A stretch of DNA of 64,000 bases from a virus (taxonomy: Duplodnaviria; Caudoviricetes), in the IMG/VR virus record IMGVR_UViG_3300000101_000005; one strand, given 5' to 3'. Both the position numbers and the translations under genes were made by a program. The notes beneath the pieces were generated by a model that did not search any database, was not told the origin of the DNA, and saw only the letters and a list, made by a program, of their open reading frames with translations. Every line of letters starts with the position of its first letter. Positions within the stretch are counted from its first letter, which is position 1. This document shows positions 27,012-36,490 of the stretch, piece after piece.

Positions 27012-27590
27012 ATGATTATAGAGAACGATATTGCAACATGGACCGGCGTTATGAGACCCGAAGAATGTGCAGAACTTATTGAATACTACGAAAAATTGAA
27101 CGACTTGCACTTAACTGCTAGTCGACAAACACTAGGAGATAATTCAGCACATAATAAAGCAGACAATGCTGCATTTCTTCTTGAACAACCTGCATTGAAT
27201 ATGTCAACAGACAATCCTACTATACATACTTTTATGAATAGATTTATTGATTGCTGGAAGCAATATACTGCACATTATAGTGTGTTAGGCGAGTGCGGCG
27301 ATCACAGAGTTTACTTTATGAAACTTCAAAAAACCCTTCCAGGAGAAGGATATCATACTTGGCATTTTGAATCAGATACAAAAGAAAGGTCAGGTAGAAT
27401 TGCAGCGTGGGGAATGTATCTTAATACAGTTGACGAAGGCGGAGAAACAGAATGGTTGTATCAGAAGAAGCGTATTGCTGCTACTGAAGGAACCTTAGTT
27501 GTTTGGCCTGCAAGTTACACGCATACTCACAGAGGCAATCCGCCATTGAGTGGTGAAAAATATCTTTTAACAGGCTGGGTTGAGTTTTAA
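27012..27590 (+). CDS. 2OG-Fe(II) oxygenase (prolyl-4-hydroxylase-like)
   Basis: GYHTWHFE, YLNTVDEGGETEW and HTHRGNPPLSGEKYLLTGW. Confidence 0.9.
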   Translation: MIIENDIATWTGVMRPEECAELIEYYEKLNDLHLTASRQTLGDNSAHNKADNAAFLLEQPALNMSTDNPTIHTFMNRFIDCWKQYTAHYSVLGECGDHRVYFMKLQKTLPGEGYHTWHFESDTKERSGRIAAWGMYLNTVDEGGETEWLYQKKRIAATEGTLVVWPASYTHTHRGNPPLSGEKYLLTGWVEF

Positions 27591-28216
27591 TGAAAATAAT
27601 CCCGACGTTTCCAACGGATCTGTTTGAATTTCATAATACCGAGATTGACAACGAACAATTAATCCCCGAACTTGAAAAATACGCAGAGATTGTTAAGTCT
27701 GGCGAAACAATAAGTTCGATGAGAAACTTACACGACAAAGAAGAATTACAACCTTTATTTTCTTGGATTAATAAATGTATTGAAGAAGTTAGAATTTATC
27801 AAAAATATGATTGCGAAGGATTTGCAATTACTAGCAGTTGGTTTAATAGAGCGTTACCACGAGACGGAATGAGATTACATTATCACAGGCATTCAATGAG
27901 TTTTCTTAGTGGTGTGTATTATGTAACTGACGGTAGTCCTACAGTATTTGAAGATCCAGTTAAACATAGAACTGAAGCACAGCTAGAAGTATTAAGACAC
28001 GAACACGCTCCGCATCAGTTTGTAGAAGCAGATCCTGGCAAATTAATATTATTTCCTAGTTGGCTGTTTCATAGTGCAACACCGCATTATGGAAACAAAG
28101 ATAGATATATTATTAGTTTTAATGTAATGCCCACAGGAGCAATTAATTACAATCTTGCAACAGACTCTGTTGCAAACATAGAAATTCATAATAAGGAAAA
28201 GACATATGATCAATAA
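27590..28216 (+). CDS. 2OG-Fe(II) oxygenase (TIGR02466-like, HxH type)
   Basis: HYHRHSMSFLSGVYYV, GKLILFPSWLFHS and RYIISFN. Confidence 0.85.
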   Translation: MKIIPTFPTDLFEFHNTEIDNEQLIPELEKYAEIVKSGETISSMRNLHDKEELQPLFSWINKCIEEVRIYQKYDCEGFAITSSWFNRALPRDGMRLHYHRHSMSFLSGVYYVTDGSPTVFEDPVKHRTEAQLEVLRHEHAPHQFVEADPGKLILFPSWLFHSATPHYGNKDRYIISFNVMPTGAINYNLATDSVANIEIHNKEKTYDQ

Positions 28217-29690
28217 GTTGCTTGTACTAGGTGGTGGCAATGCTGGACTAATGACTGCACTATATCATAAAAAGTCTATTGACAACCTAGACATTACACT
28301 TATCAAATCTGACAAGATTGGTACAATTGGTGTTGGTGAAGGTAGCACTGAACATTGGAAAAGATTCGCTGAGGCAGTTGGTATTACACTAACTGATCTT
28401 GTAAAAGAATGTGGTGCAACTATTAAGATTGGTATTAAGTTTGAGGATTGGCATGGTGACAAAACCAGTTACTATCACAGTTTAGCAGAGCCATATGTAT
28501 ACGCGGATGCATACACAGGCGATGCACATACGCTGATGAGATTAATTTCAGAAGGTGTTGACTCTGAATCGTTGCATTGGGATTTACCTATGCAAGGATG
28601 GTTAAGTCCACCATTTGAAGATTACTATCAGTTTCATTTTGATAGCGAAAAACTAAATGCATTTTTAGAAAAAAGATGTATCGAAGCAGGCATTAACGTT
28701 ATAACTACAGAAGTTGTAGATGTTAACATTGACGCCGGAGGCTTTGTAGAATCTGTAGTTGATGTAGAAAGACGAACACATACCGCAGACTTCTTTATTG
28801 ACAGTAGTGGATTTAAAAGAGTTATTGCCAGTAAACTAGGTGCTGAGTGGGTAGACTGGTCATCATTTTTACCTATGAATAGTGCTATTGCTTTTCAAAC
28901 ATCACGTCAAGAAGATATACCACCTTACACACTTTCTAGAGCATTGAGTGCTGGCTGGCATTGGCGCAGTCCTGTACAAGAACGTTTTGGTAATGGCTAT
29001 GTGTTTAGTGATCAATTTATTTCTGAGGACGAAGCTATTAGAGAAATACAAACATTATTTTCAGATACAATTAATATAGGTAGAAAAATTAACTTTGTTT
29101 CAGGTAAAGTTGATAAGTTTTGGATTAAGAATTGTGTAAGTATTGGACTTAGCAGTAACTTTGTAGAGCCATTAGAAGCAAGTAGTATTTCAACAACCAT
29201 ACAACAGTCAAGAGCATTAGTTGCCTCACTAGCATCTTGGGAACGTAGTGATCAAGCAACTATAAACGAATACAATAGAATATTTGATGATTGTTTAAGC
29301 AATGTACTAGACTTTATTCAATTGCATTACTTTACACAAAGAGAAGATTCAAAGTTTTGGCGCTGGTGTAAAAATGAAATAGAATATACAGATTTTAACA
29401 AACAGAATATAGAAAATTTTAAAAAACAATTTGTAAATCAAATATTATTACCCGAAGATGGGTCGCATGGAAGTTTTAGAATTTACGATAATCTAAATTG
29501 GATACAAGTTATGCATGGATTACGTATGTTTGATATTCCTAGCATTAAAAAATTATACAACGAGCGTTACAGTAAACATCGTGCTGAAGACACAGCACAA
29601 CTATCTTCATTGCCGCAAAGTCCTACTAAAGATTTTGTAAAATGTAGAGAAGCAGTAAACATGTTAAAAGGAATATCTTACTCGCTATGA
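28206..29690 (+). CDS. Flavin-dependent (tryptophan) halogenase homolog 1
   Basis: GGGNAG, IGVGEGS, ATIKIGIKF (catalytic Lys), FFIDSSGF, WHWRSP and FVEPLEASSI. Confidence 0.9.
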   Translation: MINKLLVLGGGNAGLMTALYHKKSIDNLDITLIKSDKIGTIGVGEGSTEHWKRFAEAVGITLTDLVKECGATIKIGIKFEDWHGDKTSYYHSLAEPYVYADAYTGDAHTLMRLISEGVDSESLHWDLPMQGWLSPPFEDYYQFHFDSEKLNAFLEKRCIEAGINVITTEVVDVNIDAGGFVESVVDVERRTHTADFFIDSSGFKRVIASKLGAEWVDWSSFLPMNSAIAFQTSRQEDIPPYTLSRALSAGWHWRSPVQERFGNGYVFSDQFISEDEAIREIQTLFSDTINIGRKINFVSGKVDKFWIKNCVSIGLSSNFVEPLEASSISTTIQQSRALVASLASWERSDQATINEYNRIFDDCLSNVLDFIQLHYFTQREDSKFWRWCKNEIEYTDFNKQNIENFKKQFVNQILLPEDGSHGSFRIYDNLNWIQVMHGLRMFDIPSIKKLYNERYSKHRAEDTAQLSSLPQSPTKDFVKCREAVNMLKGISYSL

Positions 29691-31204
29691 TGATACAATC
29701 TCTAACAGTATTAGGAGGCGGAACAAGCGGATTAGTTTCTGCAATTATGATTAAGAAATCTTTCCCACATATTGATCTTACACTATTGCGTTCATCTAAA
29801 ATTGGAATTATTGGTGTAGGTGAAGGATCAACCGAACACTGGCTAAGTTTTTTAAAGCATTCTGATATTGATGTGCCGACACTTGTAAGAGAAACAGGTG
29901 CTACATTTAAAGTTGGTATTAAGTTTACTAACTGGAATGGTGATGGAAAACATTATTATCATAGTTTAACAGATGCATACGGATCATTAGATCCAAAAAA
30001 CGAAATGCCAATAACATTCATGAGAATGATTGCTGAACAGTGGGATCCTTTAGACACTGCATGGAAACGTAACACACGAGATAGTTCACATGCTGAACCA
30101 TTACACGACACAGTAGCACAATATCATTTTGATACACACAAATTAAATGAGTTTCTTGTTAAAGAATGTAAAAATCGAGATATTAAAGTTTTAGATGTTG
30201 AAATACAAGATGTAATTTTAGATGATACAGGTAACGTTAAAGAGCTAGTTGATGAACAAGGTACAAAACATGCTAGTGAGTTCTTTATTGACTGTAGTGG
30301 ATTTAATAGAGTAATATCAAGTAAACTAGGACAAAAATGGGTAGACTGTTCTCATCAACTTCCTATGAATAGTGCTATTGCATTTCCAACAGCTAGAACT
30401 GAAGACATTCCTTCTTGGACAGAAGCAACTGCATTAAGCAGTGGGTGGTGTTGGAGAATTCCAACACAAGACAGATATGGTAACGGCTATGTGTTTAGTG
30501 ATAATTTTATTAACGAAACACAAGCGTATGACGAAGTATCGCAGTATTATGAAAAACATCTAGGTATCAAAGATTTACAAATAGGAAAACGTGTAAAGTT
30601 TAGTGCTGGGTATGTTAACGAATTTTGGACTAAAAACTGTATGTCATTAGGTCTTAGTGGAATGTTTGTAGAACCATTAGAAGCAAGTTCAATTGGATCA
30701 ACTATTCAGCAAACGTTTTTATTGTTAGGCTCACTTGCATACTATCGAAAAGATTCATCTAGTGCATTAGTAAAAACATTTAACACTAGAATGAATAAAG
30801 TTGCTACTAATATTATTGATTTTATTCAAATTCACTATGTTACTAAAAGAAACGACACTGAGTTTTGGAAGTGGTGTAATCAAAATATTGAACTAACTGA
30901 TTTTAATAAAGATACTCTCGATACATTCAAGGAAGCATTTGTAAGTCCAAGCTATTTTTCAGAGCATCAATTAATGTTTAGTTTTTTTAATTGGTTACAA
31001 GTTATGCACGGATTACATATGTTTGACTATGATTCTGTTAAATCTTTCTGGGAAAAGAACTTTGCTAGTCTACACAACGAACAGATTAAAAGAGTTATCC
31101 ATGAAGGTACTAATACCCGTTCTGACGAAGGTAAAATTTATACCCATAGAGAAGCACTAAACTTACTAAAGGAGAGATATCTTGAAACTACAATCAACCT
31201 CTAA
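29687..31204 (+). CDS. Flavin-dependent (tryptophan) halogenase homolog 2
   Basis: GGGTSG, IGVGEGS, ATFKVGIKF, FFIDCSGF, WCWRIP and FVEPLEASSIG. Confidence 0.92.
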   Translation: MMIQSLTVLGGGTSGLVSAIMIKKSFPHIDLTLLRSSKIGIIGVGEGSTEHWLSFLKHSDIDVPTLVRETGATFKVGIKFTNWNGDGKHYYHSLTDAYGSLDPKNEMPITFMRMIAEQWDPLDTAWKRNTRDSSHAEPLHDTVAQYHFDTHKLNEFLVKECKNRDIKVLDVEIQDVILDDTGNVKELVDEQGTKHASEFFIDCSGFNRVISSKLGQKWVDCSHQLPMNSAIAFPTARTEDIPSWTEATALSSGWCWRIPTQDRYGNGYVFSDNFINETQAYDEVSQYYEKHLGIKDLQIGKRVKFSAGYVNEFWTKNCMSLGLSGMFVEPLEASSIGSTIQQTFLLLGSLAYYRKDSSSALVKTFNTRMNKVATNIIDFIQIHYVTKRNDTEFWKWCNQNIELTDFNKDTLDTFKEAFVSPSYFSEHQLMFSFFNWLQVMHGLHMFDYDSVKSFWEKNFASLHNEQIKRVIHEGTNTRSDEGKIYTHREALNLLKERYLETTINL

Positions 31205-32735
31205 GATTGTTATACTTGGCGGCGGCGTTGCAGGTTGGCTGTCTGCGCTAGTTATTAGAAAAAAGTTTCCATCTATAGAAGTTAGTGTAGTAGAAGATCC
31301 TAATAAGCCTCCTATTATTGCAGGCGAAAGTGGCACTACTACATTTGTTCAGTTATTACAAGACATTGATATTGACTTTGACGACTTTGTTAAACACACA
31401 AAATCTACTCCTAAGATGGGTGGTAGATTTAAAGACTGGAATGGAGTTGGTAGTGAATTTATACATTGTTTACAAACTGATTATGCACCTTGGCTAGACG
31501 GTTGGACTGATACTGAAAAAGCTATGAGTGAGATTACTATTGGTGAATTAAAAAATATTATGGTAGCTGAAAGACAAAAGGATCTATATCAAGCTACTTT
31601 ACTAGGAAACAATGTTCCATTGGCAGATGCATTTTACGCAAACTATTTTATTAAAGAAAACAAAGTTCCTTTTGGCGCAAGTAGAGCTGACTTGCCTATT
31701 ATTCCAATGTGGCATAACGAAAGTAGAGCAACAGCAGCGTATTTAAAATCTATTGCATTACAACGTAACATTGATTTGATAGAAGGCACATATGTTGATG
31801 CAACACAAAACGATAGCGGCGATATAACAAGTTTAGTTTTAGATGACAATCGAACAATAGAAGGAGATTGGTTTGTTGATTGTAGTGGCTTTGCACAACT
31901 ACTAATTAGAAAAAAATTAGGAACAAAATACACTGATTACTCAAAACATTTTACACATAATTCTGTTATTGCATGGTGGGACGAACCTAAATATTCAGTA
32001 ACAACAAATGCAACAGCGATGAAATATGGATGGCGATGGAATATTAATTTGCAGCATAGATCAGGTAACGGTTACATTTACGATAACAACTACATCACAG
32101 CAGATCAAGCATTAGAAGAAGCAAGGAGTGTATGTGGGGAACATATTGAACCTATTGCTTCGTTTACATATACACCCGAAGTAGCAGAAGAAAGCTGGAA
32201 TAACAATGTTATAGCAATTGGTCTTAGTAGTGGATTTTTAGAACCATTAGAAGCAAACGGTATTGCAATCATTTGTGAAAGTTTATTTGCGTTACAAGAC
32301 TTATGGGATCCTACTAGAGGGCGTCACACTGTACAGCAAGAACGATTTAATGACAGAGTATCAGTTGTTTATGATGATATTAAAGATTTTATTGCTTTGC
32401 ATTTTAGAGGAAAAAGAAGCGATACAGATTTTTGGCTAAGCCATATGCACGATCAAGAACGTATTCCAGAATCTTTAAGACAAAAATTAAAACATTGGGA
32501 ATCGTTCTTTTATGGACATTCACCGGTTGAGCCAGTATTTAACGGTTATTCACCAACTGCCTGGATGCAGGTTGTTCAAGGATTAGACATATTTCCTAGT
32601 ACATACTTTACCCAAACATTTGAAGATAAACTAGATATTGGTAAAAACGTGCTAAATACTAATGTAAAACGCTACAAAGAACTTGTGGCTCCATTCTGGA
32701 CTATCGATGAATGGATTAAGAATATTGATAAATAA
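31182..32735 (+). CDS. Flavin-dependent (tryptophan) halogenase homolog 3
   Basis: GGGVAG, IAGES, STPKMGGRF, WFVDCSGF, WRWNIN and FLEPLEANGI; TTG start. Confidence 0.88.
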   Translation: MKLQSTSKIVILGGGVAGWLSALVIRKKFPSIEVSVVEDPNKPPIIAGESGTTTFVQLLQDIDIDFDDFVKHTKSTPKMGGRFKDWNGVGSEFIHCLQTDYAPWLDGWTDTEKAMSEITIGELKNIMVAERQKDLYQATLLGNNVPLADAFYANYFIKENKVPFGASRADLPIIPMWHNESRATAAYLKSIALQRNIDLIEGTYVDATQNDSGDITSLVLDDNRTIEGDWFVDCSGFAQLLIRKKLGTKYTDYSKHFTHNSVIAWWDEPKYSVTTNATAMKYGWRWNINLQHRSGNGYIYDNNYITADQALEEARSVCGEHIEPIASFTYTPEVAEESWNNNVIAIGLSSGFLEPLEANGIAIICESLFALQDLWDPTRGRHTVQQERFNDRVSVVYDDIKDFIALHFRGKRSDTDFWLSHMHDQERIPESLRQKLKHWESFFYGHSPVEPVFNGYSPTAWMQVVQGLDIFPSTYFTQTFEDKLDIGKNVLNTNVKRYKELVAPFWTIDEWIKNIDK

Positions 32736-32755
32736 AGATATAGGAGTTATACAAT

Positions 32756-32914
32756 ATGGCAACTTACAAAATGATTATAAGAAAGGAAATAGGTAAAGCA
32801 CCTATTACCTCGGACACTTGTGAAGCAAAAAACAAAGAAGAAGCATCAAAAATCTTTGAAGAGCGTCACACACCGAAGAAAATCGTTGCAGGCCCAACTA
32901 AAGTCAGCGACTAA
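32756..32914 (+). CDS. 52-aa small protein absent from the ORF track (MATYKMIIRKEIGKAPITSDTCEAKNKEEASKIFEERHTPKKIVAGPTKVSD)
   Basis: ATAAATA motif and AGGAG RBS upstream; its TAA (32912-32914) abuts the stop of the convergent gene at 32915. Confidence 0.7.
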   Translation: MATYKMIIRKEIGKAPITSDTCEAKNKEEASKIFEERHTPKKIVAGPTKVSD

Positions 32915-33541
32915 TTAACGCTTAAATCCAAGCACATCTTTAACGTTCTGCACTTCGTCTTTTATCTCTTGACGAACAAACTCTGCAGGAAGGCCTAGTG
33001 CAAGTTTAGTATCCCACTTTAAATGAGAATAAGGTCCATCAGCTTCCACATACTGTAGGAAAGCCTGTACTATCTTATTACCCTCGTATGGGTTTCGCCA
33101 GTGTTCGTGTCTACGTCCACTGTATATAACAATGTCACCAACATCTAAATTAATTTCGTGTTCAACACCATCTTCATTTTTGATGTATATTGGCCAATTG
33201 TATTCTGGTTCTTTTGATATTGCAACCGACACTGATACTTCAGAACTAGGTCTGTCAAAGTGTTTTTTAAGTTGCGAACCTTTATAATATATTCTAGCAT
33301 AAGAGTAAACTGGTACTAACTCACTTCCCCATTCTTTTGCAACCAAAGGATTTAGTTTTACCATTAATGCTTCAAACATCAAGGGAGCGTATCTCGCAAA
33401 AGTTTTTTCTTCTAGGTCAGATAAGTCAGCACCAGAGTACAATACTTTACAAACTTCTTCCATCATTTCGTACTCTAATGCAAGAAATTCGCAGAGTTCT
33501 GTTGATACTGCGCTTCGTATAATTTTGTAATCTTCTATCAT
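32915..33541 (-). CDS. 2OG-Fe(II) oxygenase
   Basis: YSYARIY, KHFDRPSSEVSVS, GDIVIYSG and HWR. Confidence 0.88.
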   Translation of the reverse strand: MIEDYKIIRSAVSTELCEFLALEYEMMEEVCKVLYSGADLSDLEEKTFARYAPLMFEALMVKLNPLVAKEWGSELVPVYSYARIYYKGSQLKKHFDRPSSEVSVSVAISKEPEYNWPIYIKNEDGVEHEINLDVGDIVIYSGRRHEHWRNPYEGNKIVQAFLQYVEADGPYSHLKWDTKLALGLPAEFVRQEIKDEVQNVKDVLGFKR

Positions 33542-34095
33542 AGCAGTGGCATTAATCCCATATTGCCAAATGGTCTTTCTTCATAGTGTCTAATTAAAGG
33601 ACTGTTTGGTATTGTGTGTACATCAAAACCTATTGTTGTTCTATAACCTTCATATGGTTCTAGTACTTTAACTTCGTGTTCAGCATGTCCTGGTCCAAAA
33701 TATATTTGTCCTGGCTTATTATCAATGGTCCAATTATCAAATATAGTTTGTGTATTTTTAGGATCAATACTAATATATCCATGCCAATCAAAATCATGTC
33801 CGTGCCTTGTTAAACATTCGTCTGGTCTATGATAGTTTAACCATGCTTGTATCCATAGAGGTCTATCCTCACCTAAGTTACTTCTTACAAATGTTCCAAG
33901 CTCTTTATATATGTCATAAAAAATAGTGCTAGGTGCAGTTAGTGCAAATACATTATACAGATTGTAAGACCAGGTGCTTTCATCTTTATCAGGAAATATT
34001 TTCTTAAAAAGAGCATGTGCGTTATCTAAATGATCAGATATCTGAGTCTTATTTTCAATTATATGTTGACTCTGGTGTATGTAGTATTCGCTCAT
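33538..34095 (-). CDS. 2OG-Fe(II) oxygenase-like protein
   Basis: AWLNYH, RHGHDFDWHGYISI, GQIYF, HEV and RTTIGFD. Confidence 0.7.
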   Translation of the reverse strand: MSEYYIHQSQHIIENKTQISDHLDNAHALFKKIFPDKDESTWSYNLYNVFALTAPSTIFYDIYKELGTFVRSNLGEDRPLWIQAWLNYHRPDECLTRHGHDFDWHGYISIDPKNTQTIFDNWTIDNKPGQIYFGPGHAEHEVKVLEPYEGYRTTIGFDVHTIPNSPLIRHYEERPFGNMGLMPLL

Positions 34096-34703
34096 CCTAG
34101 TTGAACCCTATCTAAATTCATGTTAATAACAGCTCTATAGGGTGAATCTTTGCAGAAACTACTTGAATGATAATACTTGCCTGGAAATATAACTACTCTA
34201 CCTTGCTTAGGTTCAATGCGTTGTTTGATTGTAAAATCATTTGATTGAATACGCATAATATCATCTTTACCTGCATCGTAGTCATCGTTTGTTTCATTAA
34301 AGATAACTGTGTCACCATCAGAATCATTAACATAATAAATTGCATTCCAATGCTCAAAGAAGCTGTCTATGTGCGGCATATGGTGGTCTAACGTGCTTGT
34401 TTTATTAGGTAGGGTCAAGTTAGCTCTCATGCGTATTAACCTGTTATACGGCGTCTTAGACGCACTAGTAATGCTTAAAACAAGAGGATATATAAAATTA
34501 AAGTGTTGACTTACTGCTTGTTGTTTTTCGTAAAAGAAGTGATTAAATCCTGCATGATTACTTTCACCTTGAAGTTCTGCATCTGGTGATACCATTGTTT
34601 GGTTAAACACCCAACCAAACTCCCATCCTGTCATTAAACTTTTAATGTGTTCAGAATAATCTTTTGGAATAACATTGTCAATTACTATAATATCGTTGTT
34701 CAT
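34092..34703 (-). CDS. 2OG-Fe(II) oxygenase
   Basis: IIVIDN, PHID, AIYYVNDSDGDT, GRVVIFPG..YHSS and RAVINMN. Confidence 0.88.
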   Translation of the reverse strand: MNNDIIVIDNVIPKDYSEHIKSLMTGWEFGWVFNQTMVSPDAELQGESNHAGFNHFFYEKQQAVSQHFNFIYPLVLSITSASKTPYNRLIRMRANLTLPNKTSTLDHHMPHIDSFFEHWNAIYYVNDSDGDTVIFNETNDDYDAGKDDIMRIQSNDFTIKQRIEPKQGRVVIFPGKYYHSSSFCKDSPYRAVINMNLDRVQLG

Positions 34704-35209
34704 CCTGGATACCTTTGTACTGCTGTGCCATAAAATGTTAGCATCAATGTGTTGTCTGCAAAGTTTGATATTTTATAAGGTACTTGAGGGTTCCAAAGTA
34801 CACATCTATTAAACATATTTTCTATTGACATTGTTTCTATCTGTGTTCTACTATCATAAAATTTAATTCCACTATCAGGGATTAAATTTTCTTTTGTTAA
34901 AAATATAGTTCCTGCAATATTGTAAGATCCTATCATTTTAATTTGATCAACACATTCGCTGCCTATGTTTTGATATTCGGAATGTAAAAATGTAAACTGG
35001 TCTTTTCCAACCACATGCTGAATTAACTTTCCAAGAAGTTTTTCAAACATGTCATGATTAATCACATCTAAACTATTTGAACGTGTACCTAAAAACAACG
35101 AATTATCCTGGTCAACATAGTCTTGCTTATTAGCATGATTAACTACTAGTTGAGGGTTTTCAAAAAAGTTATCAATAACTTTTATAGGTTGTGTAATATT
35201 TCTAATCAT
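34700..35209 (-). CDS. 2OG-Fe(II) oxygenase-fold protein lacking metal ligands (paralog of the adjacent gene)
   Basis: Probable start ATG 35209 via an ATGA overlap. VIDNFF, AGTIFL and NRCVLW align with the neighbouring gene, but the HxD and distal His are missing. Confidence 0.6.
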   Translation of the reverse strand: MIRNITQPIKVIDNFFENPQLVVNHANKQDYVDQDNSLFLGTRSNSLDVINHDMFEKLLGKLIQHVVGKDQFTFLHSEYQNIGSECVDQIKMIGSYNIAGTIFLTKENLIPDSGIKFYDSRTQIETMSIENMFNRCVLWNPQVPYKISNFADNTLMLTFYGTAVQRYPG

Positions 35210-35919
35210 GCTACCCTCGCAAAAAATACCTGTGTTAATCTCGAGTCTTCGAGTGTAGTACCGTAGAAATTTTCTGGACTGTGCCAATTCCTTGTATCAA
35301 ATATAATACAACGATTGTATACACTTTCCATAGTTATTGTTTTTTTAAATTCTGCTACTTGCTGGTTTCTTATTTTATCAAACTTTTCTTTTTGTTCTAC
35401 TTCCACATCAAGAACATCTTCCATAAATGTTTGAGAGTATTTGCTACCATCAAATGTATCATTATCTTCGTAAATAGTGGTACCTGTACCGTTAAACGGT
35501 TCTTTGTTTAGATAAATTACCCCAGCAATATTTAATTTAGGATCATCGTCGTGTACCCATCCACGAGTGTACGATCCGGGTGTAGAATGAAATGCTGATT
35601 GAAATTCATCAAACTCTGTATAACCATAATCATTAAGATATACCATTAACTTTTTTCCAAGTATTTCTAATGTTTCTCTATCAAATTCATGAAGTAACTT
35701 AGTTCTTATTCCAGGCCAGCTACCTCTATTACCTTTAAAAAACTCTAAACCTAGTGCATAATCACGAACAAGGTCGGGCTCGTCATAGAAATTATCAATC
35801 ACCATAGTTGGAAGGTATGGATACTTAAATCTATCTTTAAGATTATGTGATTGAATACTAGACATTGATTGCTTGTCTTGCTCTATTAATTCGTTAATAT
35901 AATCTTGATCAGCCATCAA
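35206..35919 (-). CDS. 2OG-Fe(II) oxygenase-fold protein (DUF6445-like)
   Basis: VIDNFY, WPGIRT, GWVHDD, AGVIYL, GTGT, NRCIIFD...WHS and RLTQVFF. Confidence 0.8.
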   Translation of the reverse strand: MMADQDYINELIEQDKQSMSSIQSHNLKDRFKYPYLPTMVIDNFYDEPDLVRDYALGLEFFKGNRGSWPGIRTKLLHEFDRETLEILGKKLMVYLNDYGYTEFDEFQSAFHSTPGSYTRGWVHDDDPKLNIAGVIYLNKEPFNGTGTTIYEDNDTFDGSKYSQTFMEDVLDVEVEQKEKFDKIRNQQVAEFKKTITMESVYNRCIIFDTRNWHSPENFYGTTLEDSRLTQVFFARVA

Positions 35920-36490
35920 TTTTCCTTGCTGTAAAATTCATAGTCATTACAATCCTTTTTGTAAACACTTTAGGACATGTACTTGCATGATAATGCCTTC
36001 CGTTGAATACTAATACTTTGCCTTGTTGTGGCATACTTTTGTGCATAGGTCTGTATTTTTCTGATTCTTCTGTTTCGTGAAACACAATAGTTTCACCATC
36101 ACACTCATTAACATAGTAACACGCAGTATAATGATCTACATTAAAATCTACATGTGGTGTATTGTGTTGATACCTTACATGTGGCATCATATATTTTGTG
36201 TTAAGCAAAAATCCTAGTCGCATACGTAACACTTGATCTAGTTCTAATCCTGCTTTTGCACAAGTATTTTGTAGCAAGGGAGTAAAAAATTCTAATCCTG
36301 GATTTTCTTTATTGTCAGGATGATACACTAAATTTGCAAAACTAGGGGTAGAGGTATTAATATGATCCTTCTTTTCAAATGTTGTATCTTCCATAAAATG
36401 CCAATCAAAAGTTATGTCAGTTACTACATCAAATATTTGTTTCTGATAATCATGTTCGATTACATTTTCTATTTCAATTGGGTTAAACAT
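35909..36490 (-). CDS. 2OG-Fe(II) oxygenase
   Basis: PHVD, YYVNECDGET, GKVLVFNG..YHAS and RIVMTMN; similar to 34092-34703. Confidence 0.88.
   Translation of the reverse strand: MFNPIEIENVIEHDYQKQIFDVVTDITFDWHFMEDTTFEKKDHINTSTPSFANLVYHPDNKENPGLEFFTPLLQNTCAKAGLELDQVLRMRLGFLLNTKYMMPHVRYQHNTPHVDFNVDHYTACYYVNECDGETIVFHETEESEKYRPMHKSMPQQGKVLVFNGRHYHASTCPKVFTKRIVMTMNFTARKIDG

Noticed and set aside
32740-32915. Intrinsic terminator between the convergent operons
   Set aside because: The gap is filled by a 52-aa ORF and the two stop codons abut; no hairpin with a U tract is visible.
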